DNA from: an uncultured Cytophagales bacterium
GTDB taxonomy: Bacteria > Bacteroidota > Bacteroidia > Cytophagales > Thermonemataceae
Assembly: GCA_938002655.1 (NCBI GenBank)
Contig: CALLAC010000002.1
Span: 20,823-84,822, forward strand
DNA: 64,000 nucleotides
Direction: 5' to 3'
Of this stretch, positions 1 to 9,371 are shown piece by piece (within the stretch, counting starts at the first letter, position 1; each line of letters starts with the position of its first letter). A program made the translations under genes and the position numbers. Under the pieces are notes generated by a model that saw only the letters and a program-made list of their open reading frames with translations, was not told where the DNA came from and did no database searches.

Positions 1-630
1 TTTTTGCTCCAACAACTCCTCAATAAACAGCACTGCATCGTTTATCAGAATTCGTGTAAAACCTTTTTGTAAAAGGATTTGTAACTCTGTTTCGAGGGTT
101 CGGTCATAAAGATTTTTCAGCGGGCTGGCAATGACGATTTTTTGCCCTTCGGGAAAAGTGAAAATGTAATCTGTAACGCTATCTACGGTATCTTTACGAA
201 CCTCTCTGCCCGAAATAGGCGAGAAAGTTCTACCGATGCGTGCATAAAGTAGTTTGAGATAGTCGTAGATTTCGGTAGTTGTACCTACGGTAGAACGCGG
301 ATTTTTAGAACTTACTCTTTGCTCAATGGCGATAGCAGGCGAAATACCTTTGATGTATTCCACTTCGGGCTTTTGCATACGAGCCAAAAATTGCCTTGCA
401 TAAGCACTCAAACTTTCTACATACATTCGTTGCCCTTCGGCAAAAAGCGTATCAAATACTAAAGATGACTTGCCCGAACCCGAAACACCTGTTACTACTA
501 CCAACTTGTTACGAGGAATAGCTACATCTATATTTTTAAGATTGTGCAACTTTGCACCCTTGATGAGTACAAAGTCTTTGGTAGAAAGATTCTCAAAATT
601 ATCTTTGGGGAACTCAACAGCTGATTGCAT
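1..630 (-). CDS. uvrA: Excinuclease ABC subunit A, N-terminal part (runs off the window edge; absent from the ORF track)
   Basis: Manual minus-strand translation from ATG at 630: MQSAVEFPKD...IKGAKLHNLKNIDVAIPRNKLVVVTGVSGSGKSSLVFDTLFAEGQRMYVESLSAYARQFL, the UvrA N-terminus with Walker A. Confidence 0.95.
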   Translation of the reverse strand, partial: MQSAVEFPKDNFENLSTKDFVLIKGAKLHNLKNIDVAIPRNKLVVVTGVSGSGKSSLVFDTLFAEGQRMYVESLSAYARQFLARMQKPEVEYIKGISPAIAIEQRVSSKNPRSTVGTTTEIYDYLKLLYARIGRTFSPISGREVRKDTVDSVTDYIFTFPEGQKIVIASPLKNLYDRTLETELQILLQKGFTRILINDAVLFIEELLEQK

Positions 631-642
631 AGACAAGCAATT

Positions 643-1005
643 TTAAGAATATTTTTTGCGAAACGCTAATCGTTTCAATTCTCTTTGCAATATGATTTCA
701 ACAATTTTTTCAGTATCTTGTTTGGCAAAAGCCTCTGAAAATTCATTTTCAGGTAAATCTAAGCGATAAGCCACTTGTAAAAGCCTTTCAGGGGCTTTTT
801 GTAAAAGATTTTTCACGAAAAACAAAAGATACTTTCGCAATTCTTCCCAAGAAAGCAGAGCTTGCGGCGTAAAATCTTCACAATGCTTTTGCAAATGGTT
901 TTGAAGGAATTCTAAATCTTGAAGCATCTGTATTTTTTGACAAAGATAAAAAAAGTCCTCTTTTACAGAGGACTTTTGCAATTTTTGTTTGCTAATTTCT
1001 GACAA
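643..1005 (-). CDS. Hypothetical helical protein
   Basis: 120-aa ORF between the T9SS cargo gene and uvrA on the same strand; C-terminal LLQVAYRLDLPE...IILQRELKR looks like a real conserved-type segment. The true start may be downstream. Confidence 0.6.
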   Translation of the reverse strand: MSEISKQKLQKSSVKEDFFYLCQKIQMLQDLEFLQNHLQKHCEDFTPQALLSWEELRKYLLFFVKNLLQKAPERLLQVAYRLDLPENEFSEAFAKQDTEKIVEIILQRELKRLAFRKKYS

Positions 1006-3844
1006 TCTTATACAGCTCTCGCGAACTTGTCCCTTTCACTTCTACCAAATAAACCCCTTGGGGCAAGAGAGATAAATCTATTTGATTTTCACCAAACTTC
1101 AATTCCATTACCCGCAAGGTTTTGCCGTATACATCTTGGATTTTAACTTCCAAGTTTTCTTGCAAACTATTTGCATACAAAATATCACGTGTAGGATTGG
1201 GATAGATGCCCACTAGCAAATTAGATTTTTCGGAAGAAAGTGAAACAATACGCGAATATGCAAATTTGCCGTCTTTATCTATCTGCTTGATACGGTAGTA
1301 AATCTTGCCTGTAATTTTATCGCTCAAACCTCTATCTTCAAATACATAGCGATTTTCAGATTTCTTTTTAGCAGAAACTTGACCAACTTTTGTAAATTCT
1401 CGGGCATCAAAACTTCTTTCTACTTCATAAAAATCTGTGTTGATTTCGCTACGTGTATTCCATAAAACTTCGGGAACAAGGTTTTCGTTGTAGCGAGCTT
1501 GAATATTCAGAAACTCTACGGGCAAAGGATTGACAATATCGGAGATTGTCCAAGGTGAAAAAGCCGTTACATCTACAGTAATACTTGTAATCAGTGGGTT
1601 TGTAGCAGGAGCGATAAACGGAACACTGCGAATTTCCCAAACCGTGCCATTATTTCGCCATACTTGCAATGCTGATGAATTTTTCCCATTGTTAATGGCT
1701 GGTAGCCAACGGAATTCTACATCGTTTCTGCCATTCGCTACAGAAGGTTCGATGTACCACGTACAAGCAATAGAGGTGAAAGGTCCGACGGTCTGAATAC
1801 CTGCAACATCAGAGACACGTAATAAATCTAAGGTTCCCAAATCGGCTCCTGCGGGAAGATGAAGCCCTAAAAAGTCGTAGTCGGCAGTTCCTACATTGCG
1901 TATGGTTCGGGCTCTGCCAAGTATACGGCTATTGTCTTTTTCTCCTACCGTAGTAGGATTAGCGGCAGGGTCAATTGCCGAAGGAGTAAAATTAAGTGTA
2001 TTGGCATTGGTTTGTACGTAACCATCGGTAAAAATCATCTGATTATTGATGCTCAAATCACCGAGTAAGTTAAGCGTTTTGGTTGTACCATTCAGTTCCC
2101 AGTTCTGACTTATCACAGGATTAGTTCCTACGGGCACAAAATCCATATTGAAAGCCGTGAGTGGTCTATCACCTGCCGAGCCATCGTCGTTGTAGCTTCC
2201 TTCTTCTACATTGAGCGTAAAACCATCGGCTGTAATCACATTCGTGCCTCTGCGAATACGTGGTTGTACGGTAAAAGCAGGTGCAATAAAAGATTGCTGT
2301 GTAACGAAAACGTGGTTGGGCTTTACAGTTACAAAGCCTAAGGGTCCGTAATCTATGGTGTGCTGAATGCGATTTTCGAGTAGAATGAGTTCGGAATTAG
2401 ACATGGCTGTTGGCAATTGCAAACCCGAACCCACATTATAGCGATTATTGACGGCATTGAAATTAGTGTTTACGCTTGCCATTGTAGTAATAGGTATGCC
2501 AGTTACCCATATGCCTGCATACGGATTAGGAAAAAAGCCTAAAGGCAAAGCAAGTGCCGCCGAATTAGTAGGGCCATAAAATGGGTCTAATGCTATAAAA
2601 CGAGCAATCGTAGCATTGAAATTATTTTCGTTGCCTGCCGAGCCTATCGTAATATTGTTGAAAGCAGGAACTGCCCCGCTATGGTGATTGGCAAAAGCAA
2701 TCGCTGTACCGCCAAGTGTTGCACCGCCGTTAAAGTTATTATTCAGAATAGATATATTTTGAACCGTCATTGCAGGACCAGCAACCGCAGCAAAGGTCCG
2801 ATTTTTTGTATTTACCACAATATGATTAAAATTTGTAGAAGTAGGGCGAGGGGTAAAAGCATTGTTATGAATATTTACATTCATAGAACGCCCGAGCCAG
2901 ATGCCCACGTTGGGGTGTCCGCTTATGGTATTATTGTTGATGTTGATGATGGAATTAGGATTGTAATTGTCTTTAATTTCTATTACTGAAAACGAAGCAC
3001 CATCGGGAACTGCTGTGGGTACTGCGAGCGTATTATTTGCAACATTATGCGTTGTATTAGCGGCAGGTATGTTTAGTTCTATGCCTGCTTGTGCAATTGC
3101 TGATATTATATTATTGGTAATAGTGCTATTCCCTGATATATCGCCCCACTGCAAGCCATACCAACCCCCTGCATGGATTTGATTGTTAGTTACCGTGCCA
3201 TAGTTTCCAATGCTTCTAATACCTACTCTAAAAAAATTAGCCGTCGGATTTGTGTTTTGTATAATATTGTTCTCTATGGTAACTTGGTTTTGCCCTGCTA
3301 TAAATGCAGTTATATCATTAAGCGATAGACGAATGCCGTAGGCGTGCTGGTCTACTGCTTGTGAGCCTGGGTTATGGATATTTTCTATCAAGTTATATCG
3401 AATACGTAGATTATTATAGGCTCCGGGCGTGCCGTGGTTATCGACAAATATGCCGTGTCTGCCGTTGGTACTTGTGCCATTTGCTCCATCTACTTGTAAA
3501 TGTAAGTTATCAATCGTAACATTAGGCGAAGCCACTACCAAGATACTTTCACAAGCACCCGTCATAGTTAAGATAGGTCGGAGATTGGGAAAACCACCAT
3601 TGCCAAGCAAAGTTACAGGTTTATTGATGATAACATTCGCACTAATAGAATACGTACCTGCACACAAATGTACCGTTCCTCCGGCTGGAACAGCCGCAAT
3701 AGCGGCAGAAATAGTTGCTTTGGCATTTGCACAGTCAGCTCCTGAATTGGCATCGTTACCCATAGGGGAAACATAAACTTGTGAAAAGCTAAAAAATGGT
3801 AGTAACGAAAACACTACAAAAATTAGACATAATCTTCTTTTCAT
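992..3844 (-). CDS. Secreted parallel beta-helix (pectin lyase-like fold) protein with T9SS type A C-terminal sorting domain
   Basis: Signal peptide from Met at 3844 (MKRRLCLIFVV...SFSQ); beta-helix cap ISAAIAAVPAGGTVHLCAGTY; many Asn/Ile-rich repeats (TIENNII, TITNNII, NINNNTI); PLPVE linker; IYPNPT...GVYLVEV CTD. Confidence 0.8.
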   Translation of the reverse strand: MKRRLCLIFVVFSLLPFFSFSQVYVSPMGNDANSGADCANAKATISAAIAAVPAGGTVHLCAGTYSISANVIINKPVTLLGNGGFPNLRPILTMTGACESILVVASPNVTIDNLHLQVDGANGTSTNGRHGIFVDNHGTPGAYNNLRIRYNLIENIHNPGSQAVDQHAYGIRLSLNDITAFIAGQNQVTIENNIIQNTNPTANFFRVGIRSIGNYGTVTNNQIHAGGWYGLQWGDISGNSTITNNIISAIAQAGIELNIPAANTTHNVANNTLAVPTAVPDGASFSVIEIKDNYNPNSIININNNTISGHPNVGIWLGRSMNVNIHNNAFTPRPTSTNFNHIVVNTKNRTFAAVAGPAMTVQNISILNNNFNGGATLGGTAIAFANHHSGAVPAFNNITIGSAGNENNFNATIARFIALDPFYGPTNSAALALPLGFFPNPYAGIWVTGIPITTMASVNTNFNAVNNRYNVGSGLQLPTAMSNSELILLENRIQHTIDYGPLGFVTVKPNHVFVTQQSFIAPAFTVQPRIRRGTNVITADGFTLNVEEGSYNDDGSAGDRPLTAFNMDFVPVGTNPVISQNWELNGTTKTLNLLGDLSINNQMIFTDGYVQTNANTLNFTPSAIDPAANPTTVGEKDNSRILGRARTIRNVGTADYDFLGLHLPAGADLGTLDLLRVSDVAGIQTVGPFTSIACTWYIEPSVANGRNDVEFRWLPAINNGKNSSALQVWRNNGTVWEIRSVPFIAPATNPLITSITVDVTAFSPWTISDIVNPLPVEFLNIQARYNENLVPEVLWNTRSEINTDFYEVERSFDAREFTKVGQVSAKKKSENRYVFEDRGLSDKITGKIYYRIKQIDKDGKFAYSRIVSLSSEKSNLLVGIYPNPTRDILYANSLQENLEVKIQDVYGKTLRVMELKFGENQIDLSLLPQGVYLVEVKGTSSRELYKIVRN

Positions 3845-4135
3845 TCTAAAAACTACCAAGCTAAAAATTGTATTTTTAGCCTCTTTGTTCAAAAGATAAG
3901 TAGGTAAACAAGCCTTTTTCATACGATTTTTCGTTTTGAGTTTCCAAAAAAAGACAGTAAAAAAAGTAGGTTTCTATAATTGTTTTGACAAAAACCTTCA
4001 AGGAATGCAAAGTGTCAGTTTTTAAAGTTAGATAATATTACAAAAAGACTTGTTTAATTGATTTTTTTGATGAATACTACTTGTTTTCGAAAGGTAATCA
4101 AAAAAAAGTGATTTTTTTTAAAAAAAATAATTTTT

Positions 4136-5443
4136 TCAAAAAACTCGTCGAATTTCTGCACCAATAGCATTGAGCCTGCCATCAATATTTTCGTAGCCTC
4201 TATCAATCTGCTCGCTATTTTCAATAAGGCTTACTCCTTCGGCAGAAAGAGCGGCAATAAGCAAGGCTACTCCTGCCCGAATATCAGGAGAGCTCATACG
4301 TATGCCTCGTAATGGATATTTACGATTGATGCCTATAACAGTAGCCCGATGAGGGTCATTAAGAATAATTTGAGCCCCCATATCAATGAGTTTATCTACA
4401 AAAAAAAGCCGGCTTTCAAACATTTTTTGATGAATAAGTACAGTGCCTTCAGCTTGAATAGCCGTAACAAGAACAATACTTAGCAAATCAGGAGTAAAGC
4501 CGGGCCAAGGGGCGTCATCTATTTTCAATATAGAACCATCAATAAAAGTGTTGATCTGGTAGTGTTTTTGAGCGGGAATAAAAATATCATCGCCTCTCAA
4601 CTGCATTTGTATGCCCAATTTTTCAAAAACTCTTGGAATACAACCTAAATGCTCTATACCACAATTTTTGATAGTAATCTCGGAGGCAGTTGTAGCGGCA
4701 AGTCCAATAAAACTGCCTACTTCAATCATATCGGGCAAAATGGTATGTTCTGTACCTTGTAGGCTTTCTACACCTTCTATGGTAAGTAAATTGGAGCCAA
4801 TACCATAGATTTTCGCTCCCATTCGGCAAAGCATACGACAAAGTTGCTGAATGTAAGGCTCGCAAGCGGCGTGGTAAATCGTAGTAGTGCCTTTGGCAAG
4901 TACAGCGGCCATAATAATATTTGCCGTTCCTGTTACAGAGGCTTCGTCAAGCAATATGTATTTACCTTGTAAGTTAGAAGCATCTATTTCGTAAAATTCA
5001 GTTTTAGGATTGTAATTAAACTTTGCCCCAAGTTCCTGAAAGCCTAAAAAGTGTGTATCTAAACGACGCCTGCCAATTTTATCGCCCCCTGGTTTAGGAA
5101 TTTTACTTTTACCAAAACGAGCAAGTAAAGGACCTAAAATCATGATAGAGCCTCGCAAAGCAGAGGCTTTTTGTATGTAAGCAGGCGTTTCTAAATACTC
5201 CAAATTGATATTTCTTGCTTCAAAACGATACGAGTGCGAATTGATTTTATCCACACGTACGCCTAAATCTTGCAAAATTTCTATGAGTTTAAGCACATCG
5301 CGTATTTGTGGAATATTATGTACAAGCACTGGCTCGGGGGTTAGCAAAATAGCACACAGAATTTGCAAAGCCTCGTTCTTTGCTCCCTGAACGCTCAATT
5401 CGCCCCGAAGCGATTTACCACCTATTACTTGAAATGCAGACAT
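4136..5443 (-). CDS. murA: UDP-N-acetylglucosamine 1-carboxyvinyltransferase
   Basis: GAKN, LRGSIMILGPLL, PGGDKIGRRRLDTH, SVTGTANI and PDIRAG motifs; length 435 aa. Confidence 0.95.
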   Translation of the reverse strand: MSAFQVIGGKSLRGELSVQGAKNEALQILCAILLTPEPVLVHNIPQIRDVLKLIEILQDLGVRVDKINSHSYRFEARNINLEYLETPAYIQKASALRGSIMILGPLLARFGKSKIPKPGGDKIGRRRLDTHFLGFQELGAKFNYNPKTEFYEIDASNLQGKYILLDEASVTGTANIIMAAVLAKGTTTIYHAACEPYIQQLCRMLCRMGAKIYGIGSNLLTIEGVESLQGTEHTILPDMIEVGSFIGLAATTASEITIKNCGIEHLGCIPRVFEKLGIQMQLRGDDIFIPAQKHYQINTFIDGSILKIDDAPWPGFTPDLLSIVLVTAIQAEGTVLIHQKMFESRLFFVDKLIDMGAQIILNDPHRATVIGINRKYPLRGIRMSSPDIRAGVALLIAALSAEGVSLIENSEQIDRGYENIDGRLNAIGAEIRRVF

Positions 5444-5497
5444 TTTTGTTTTGAATACTTGAAAAAATCAGAACATTAGACGAAACGAACGAGAAAT

Positions 5498-7702
5498 TTA
5501 CTTCAAATTTTTCTCCAAATAATCGGTATAAAGACTAAACAAAAGCAAACGACTCTGCCAGCTGTATGCTACCCCATGATTGCCAGGCGGAAAGATACGC
5601 AAATCAATATCTTTACCTGCATCAATCATAGCTTTCACAAGTTGGAAAGTGTGCTTTATATGCACGTTCTCGTCCATTGCCGAATGTACCAAAAGCATTT
5701 TACCTTTGAAATTTTTAACATAGTTCATACAAGAGGAGGCCACATATTTGGCATCATTTTCGGGCAAAAGTCCCATATAACGTTCTGCATAAATGCTATC
5801 ATACAAACGCCAATCGGTAACAGGTGCCCCCACAATGGCTACTTTGAAAATATCAGGATAATTCAGTATCGTAAAAGCCGACATATAGCCACCGTAGCTA
5901 TGCCCACGAATAGCTATACGGCCAGCATCTACAAAGCCCTGTTTTACAAGAAACAGAGCTGTTTCTGCAAAATCTTTGCTTTCATATTTGCCCAGTTGTT
6001 CATAAACAATCTTTTCAAAAGCATAACCATATCCCCCACTGCCTCTGTTATTGACACTGGCTACAATATAGCCCTGTTGGGCTAAATATTGCTCCCAAGC
6101 ATCTCTACCAAACTCATTATAGACACTTTGAGCTCCAGGACCTCCGTAGATATTCAAAACCAAAGGGTATTTTTGGTTAGGGTTGAAGCTATAAGGTTTT
6201 ACCAGATAAATATCTATTTTTTGCCCATCGGAAGTAGTGAAATTGGTAAGTTCACGAGGCGAGTAAGCATTTTCTTGAATAAATTTGCTCACTTCGGCGT
6301 TATCTACCATTTTTTTGAGCATTTTTGGGATTTTACCAACTTCCCAAAGTTCTACTTGCGTAGGTGTGGTGGTGTTGGAGTATCTATCCAAGTAATATTT
6401 GCTATTTGGCGAAAAATCAATGATATGCCTTCCTGCAACTTGCGTAAGGCGGCGTTTGTTTTTTCCTGAAAAATCTATTTCGTACAGATGTCTTTCTAGA
6501 GGAGAATTTTCTGTGGAAGTGTAAAAAATTTTCTTATTTTTAACATCAATGTTATGCACAAAAACCACTTCCCAGTTGCCTTTGGTAACTTGTCCAAGCA
6601 TTTTTCCGTTGTAATCGTATCGGTACACATGAGCAAAGCCATCGCGTTCAGAAATCCAAAAGAACTCTTGCACCCCTTTCGGAAAAAAAGCATAGTGCAT
6701 AATACCTGCAAAAAAATCAAACACATCTATCCACGCCTTGGAAGTTTCTTCCATAATGAGCTTTACCTGACCATTTTGTACACTAGTAAAATATAATTTC
6801 AGATGATTTTGCTTACGATTGAGATGCATTACTGCGAGTTGCCCTGCAACGGAAGTCCAATAAATGCGTGGAATATAGCCATCGCCTACATCTACTTTTG
6901 CCCAAGTAAGCTGATTTTTGGCTACATCAATCATTCCTATTTTTACAAGCGGGTTGTTGTTGCCTACTTTGGGATAAGGGAGTTTTTCGTACGTATCGGC
7001 AAGTCCGCTGTAATCGGTCATTTGGAAAATAGGCACGTTACGTTCGTCGGTTTGCCAAAAAGCAATATAGCGACTATCAGGCGACCATTCCCAAGCCTGA
7101 GCTAAACCAAACTCTTCTTCATACACCCAACCAAAACGACCATTCCACACATTTTCTTGAGCATCGAAAGTAAGCTGTGTTTCTTTTTGAGTAGCAAAAT
7201 CAAACACAAAGAGATTGCCCTCTTTTTCATAAGCTATTTTTTTGCCATCAGGAGAAAGTTCTGCTGAATGAGCATCTTGAACGGCAAGTTTGAGTGTTTT
7301 AGCCGTTATATCATAAAAATAATAGTCCGAAATACCCGAACGACGATAAATGGGGCGAAAATTGGTTTGAAAAAGCAAATATTTACTATCTTTTGACCAC
7401 TGAAAAGCACTATAATTGAAATTTTGATTTTTATCAGGAAATTTCAAGCCCGAAGCACTGAAAATAAGCTCTTCTTTGCCTTCTTTGGGTGAAAAAACCT
7501 TGATTTCTCCTGCTCCTTCTATAAAAGAAAACTTTTCCCCACCCTCAATCCAATTCACACTTCTGGGTCCAAAGCTACCTGTAAGTTTCCCTCCCGAACT
7601 CAAAGCCTCTTGAAGCGAAGCAAAACGTCTTTTTTCTTGGGCTTGGGCAGTAGAGAATATAAGCAAAACAGCAAATCCAAATAGTAAAAATCTTTTTTGC
7701 AT
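5498..7702 (-). CDS. S9B family dipeptidyl peptidase IV-like serine peptidase, secreted
   Basis: Signal peptide from Met 7702; beta-propeller region with GWVYEEEF; catalytic GHSYGG, DENVH and GNHG motifs. Confidence 0.9.
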   Translation of the reverse strand: MQKRFLLFGFAVLLIFSTAQAQEKRRFASLQEALSSGGKLTGSFGPRSVNWIEGGEKFSFIEGAGEIKVFSPKEGKEELIFSASGLKFPDKNQNFNYSAFQWSKDSKYLLFQTNFRPIYRRSGISDYYFYDITAKTLKLAVQDAHSAELSPDGKKIAYEKEGNLFVFDFATQKETQLTFDAQENVWNGRFGWVYEEEFGLAQAWEWSPDSRYIAFWQTDERNVPIFQMTDYSGLADTYEKLPYPKVGNNNPLVKIGMIDVAKNQLTWAKVDVGDGYIPRIYWTSVAGQLAVMHLNRKQNHLKLYFTSVQNGQVKLIMEETSKAWIDVFDFFAGIMHYAFFPKGVQEFFWISERDGFAHVYRYDYNGKMLGQVTKGNWEVVFVHNIDVKNKKIFYTSTENSPLERHLYEIDFSGKNKRRLTQVAGRHIIDFSPNSKYYLDRYSNTTTPTQVELWEVGKIPKMLKKMVDNAEVSKFIQENAYSPRELTNFTTSDGQKIDIYLVKPYSFNPNQKYPLVLNIYGGPGAQSVYNEFGRDAWEQYLAQQGYIVASVNNRGSGGYGYAFEKIVYEQLGKYESKDFAETALFLVKQGFVDAGRIAIRGHSYGGYMSAFTILNYPDIFKVAIVGAPVTDWRLYDSIYAERYMGLLPENDAKYVASSCMNYVKNFKGKMLLVHSAMDENVHIKHTFQLVKAMIDAGKDIDLRIFPPGNHGVAYSWQSRLLLFSLYTDYLEKNLK

Positions 7703-7817
7703 AAAACAACACTTTAAGATTAGCTTGCAAATAAACATATTCTCGTCAAAAGAAAAAAGTTGGCTTGAAAAAAATTACCACAAAAAATATTTAATTTGCG
7801 GGCAAATTTTTGGAATA

Positions 7818-8783
7818 ATGGACTTTCATATACTTATCAGCAACCTGACCAATCCCACGATTTTATTTTTTCTGCTTGGGATTTTGGCAACTACGCTCAA
7901 AAGCGACTTGGAAATTCCACAATCATCAAGCAAGTTCATATCCTTGTATTTGCTTTTTTCTATTGGCTTCAAGGGGGGGCAAGAATTAGTACATAGCCAT
8001 TTTACTTCTGAAATTATTTTTTCGGTACTGCTTGGCATTTCCATTTCTGCGATTATACCCTTTTATACATTTTTCTTGCTGAAAAGAAAATTGAGCATAA
8101 GCGATGCAGGAGCGATAGCGGCCACGTATGGCTCGGTAAGTGCTGTAACTTTTGTTTCGGCAGTATCTTTTTTAGAAATTCAAAAAATGGCTTTTGGTGG
8201 GCATATGGTTGCTGTAATGGCTTTTATGGAAGCTCCTGCCATTATTGTTGGAGTTACGCTCATCAAGAAGTTTGAAAAAGACACTTGCCAACAAAGTAGC
8301 AATATGTGGCAAATCATCAAACATTCCTTTTCCAATGGGAGCATTCTGATGATTTTCGGCAGTCTGATTATTGGTATTGTTTCTGATGATAAGCAAGCCG
8401 AAGGTATTAAGCCCTTTACTACGGATATTTTCAAAGGTTTCTTAGCTATTTTTCTTTTGGAAATGGGAATGATAACGGCTCGGCGTTTTGCATCTTTTCG
8501 CAAGCAAGGGCTTTTTCTCACCTTACTGGCCATTTTCTTGCCTGCTTTTAATGGAATTATGTCGGTAGCTGTCAGCTCGCTTATTACCCACGATGTTGGA
8601 AACCGATTTATGTTTGGTGTGCTTGCGGCAAGTGGTTCGTATATTGCGGTGCCTGCGACTATGAAGCTTGCCGCCCCTAATGCCGATCCTGGTATCTATG
8701 TTCCTATGGCTTTGGGACTTACTTTCCCTTTTAATATTTCTGTGGGTTTTCCTCTTTATTTTGCAGTAGCCAACGCTATTTGA
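7818..8783 (+). CDS. Sodium-dependent bicarbonate transporter family permease (SbtA-like)
   Basis: Polytopic membrane protein with KSDLEIP, SLYLLFSIGFKGG, YGSVSAVTF, MEAPAII, ASGSYIAVPA and LGLTFPFNI motifs typical of the SbtA/DUF897 family; probable start Met 7818. Confidence 0.85.
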   Translation: MDFHILISNLTNPTILFFLLGILATTLKSDLEIPQSSSKFISLYLLFSIGFKGGQELVHSHFTSEIIFSVLLGISISAIIPFYTFFLLKRKLSISDAGAIAATYGSVSAVTFVSAVSFLEIQKMAFGGHMVAVMAFMEAPAIIVGVTLIKKFEKDTCQQSSNMWQIIKHSFSNGSILMIFGSLIIGIVSDDKQAEGIKPFTTDIFKGFLAIFLLEMGMITARRFASFRKQGLFLTLLAIFLPAFNGIMSVAVSSLITHDVGNRFMFGVLAASGSYIAVPATMKLAAPNADPGIYVPMALGLTFPFNISVGFPLYFAVANAI

Positions 8784-8784
8784 T

Positions 8785-9354
8785 ATGCCTCATATTTTAC
8801 TTTTGGATAATTTTGATTCTTTTACGTATAATTTATACGACTACTTGGGGCGTTTGGGAGCTACATGTACAGTTTTCCGAAACAACGTAGCTTTATCTGC
8901 CATCACAAGGTATCCATACCAAGGCATTGTACTTTCTCCTGGTCCTTCGTCTCCGAAACAAGCAGGAAATTTAATGAAAGTTTTAGAATTTTACCACGAC
9001 AAACTGCCCATTTTAGGGATTTGTTTAGGGCATCAAGCCATCGGAGAATTCTTCGGAGCTGTGCTCACCTGTGCTCATCAACCTATGCACGGAAAAATTT
9101 CGGAAATTATTACGCAAGGAAGTGTTTTATTTGAAGGTTTACCACAAAAATTCAAGGTAGTACGATACCATTCGCTTATTTTACAGAATTTTCCCCAAGT
9201 ACTGAAAGTTACTGCCTCTACAAACGATGCTTACCAAGAGATAATGGCTTTGGAGCATAATTATTTACCCATTTTTGGCGTACAATTTCACCCCGAAGCT
9301 ATTTTGTCTGAATATGGTTTAGAGATTTTAGCAAATTGGCTGAAAATTATTTGA
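8785..9354 (+). CDS. Glutamine amidotransferase, anthranilate/aminodeoxychorismate synthase component II (TrpG/PabA)
   Basis: LDNFDSFTYNL, SPGP, GICLGHQ, RYHSL and QFHPE class I GATase motifs. Confidence 0.92.
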   Translation: MPHILLLDNFDSFTYNLYDYLGRLGATCTVFRNNVALSAITRYPYQGIVLSPGPSSPKQAGNLMKVLEFYHDKLPILGICLGHQAIGEFFGAVLTCAHQPMHGKISEIITQGSVLFEGLPQKFKVVRYHSLILQNFPQVLKVTASTNDAYQEIMALEHNYLPIFGVQFHPEAILSEYGLEILANWLKII

Positions 9355-9371
9355 GTAAAAAGCTTAAATCT

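Noticed and set aside
1449-3776. Several 60-115 aa ORFs nested in or antisense to the beta-helix gene
   Set aside because: Shadow ORFs of a long coding sequence, with no recognisable motifs.
4095-4140. Long A/T homopolymer runs (also at about 17913-17921 and 44987-44994) as phase-variation tracts
   Set aside because: Intergenic, expected in an AT-rich genome, and not positioned between promoter elements.
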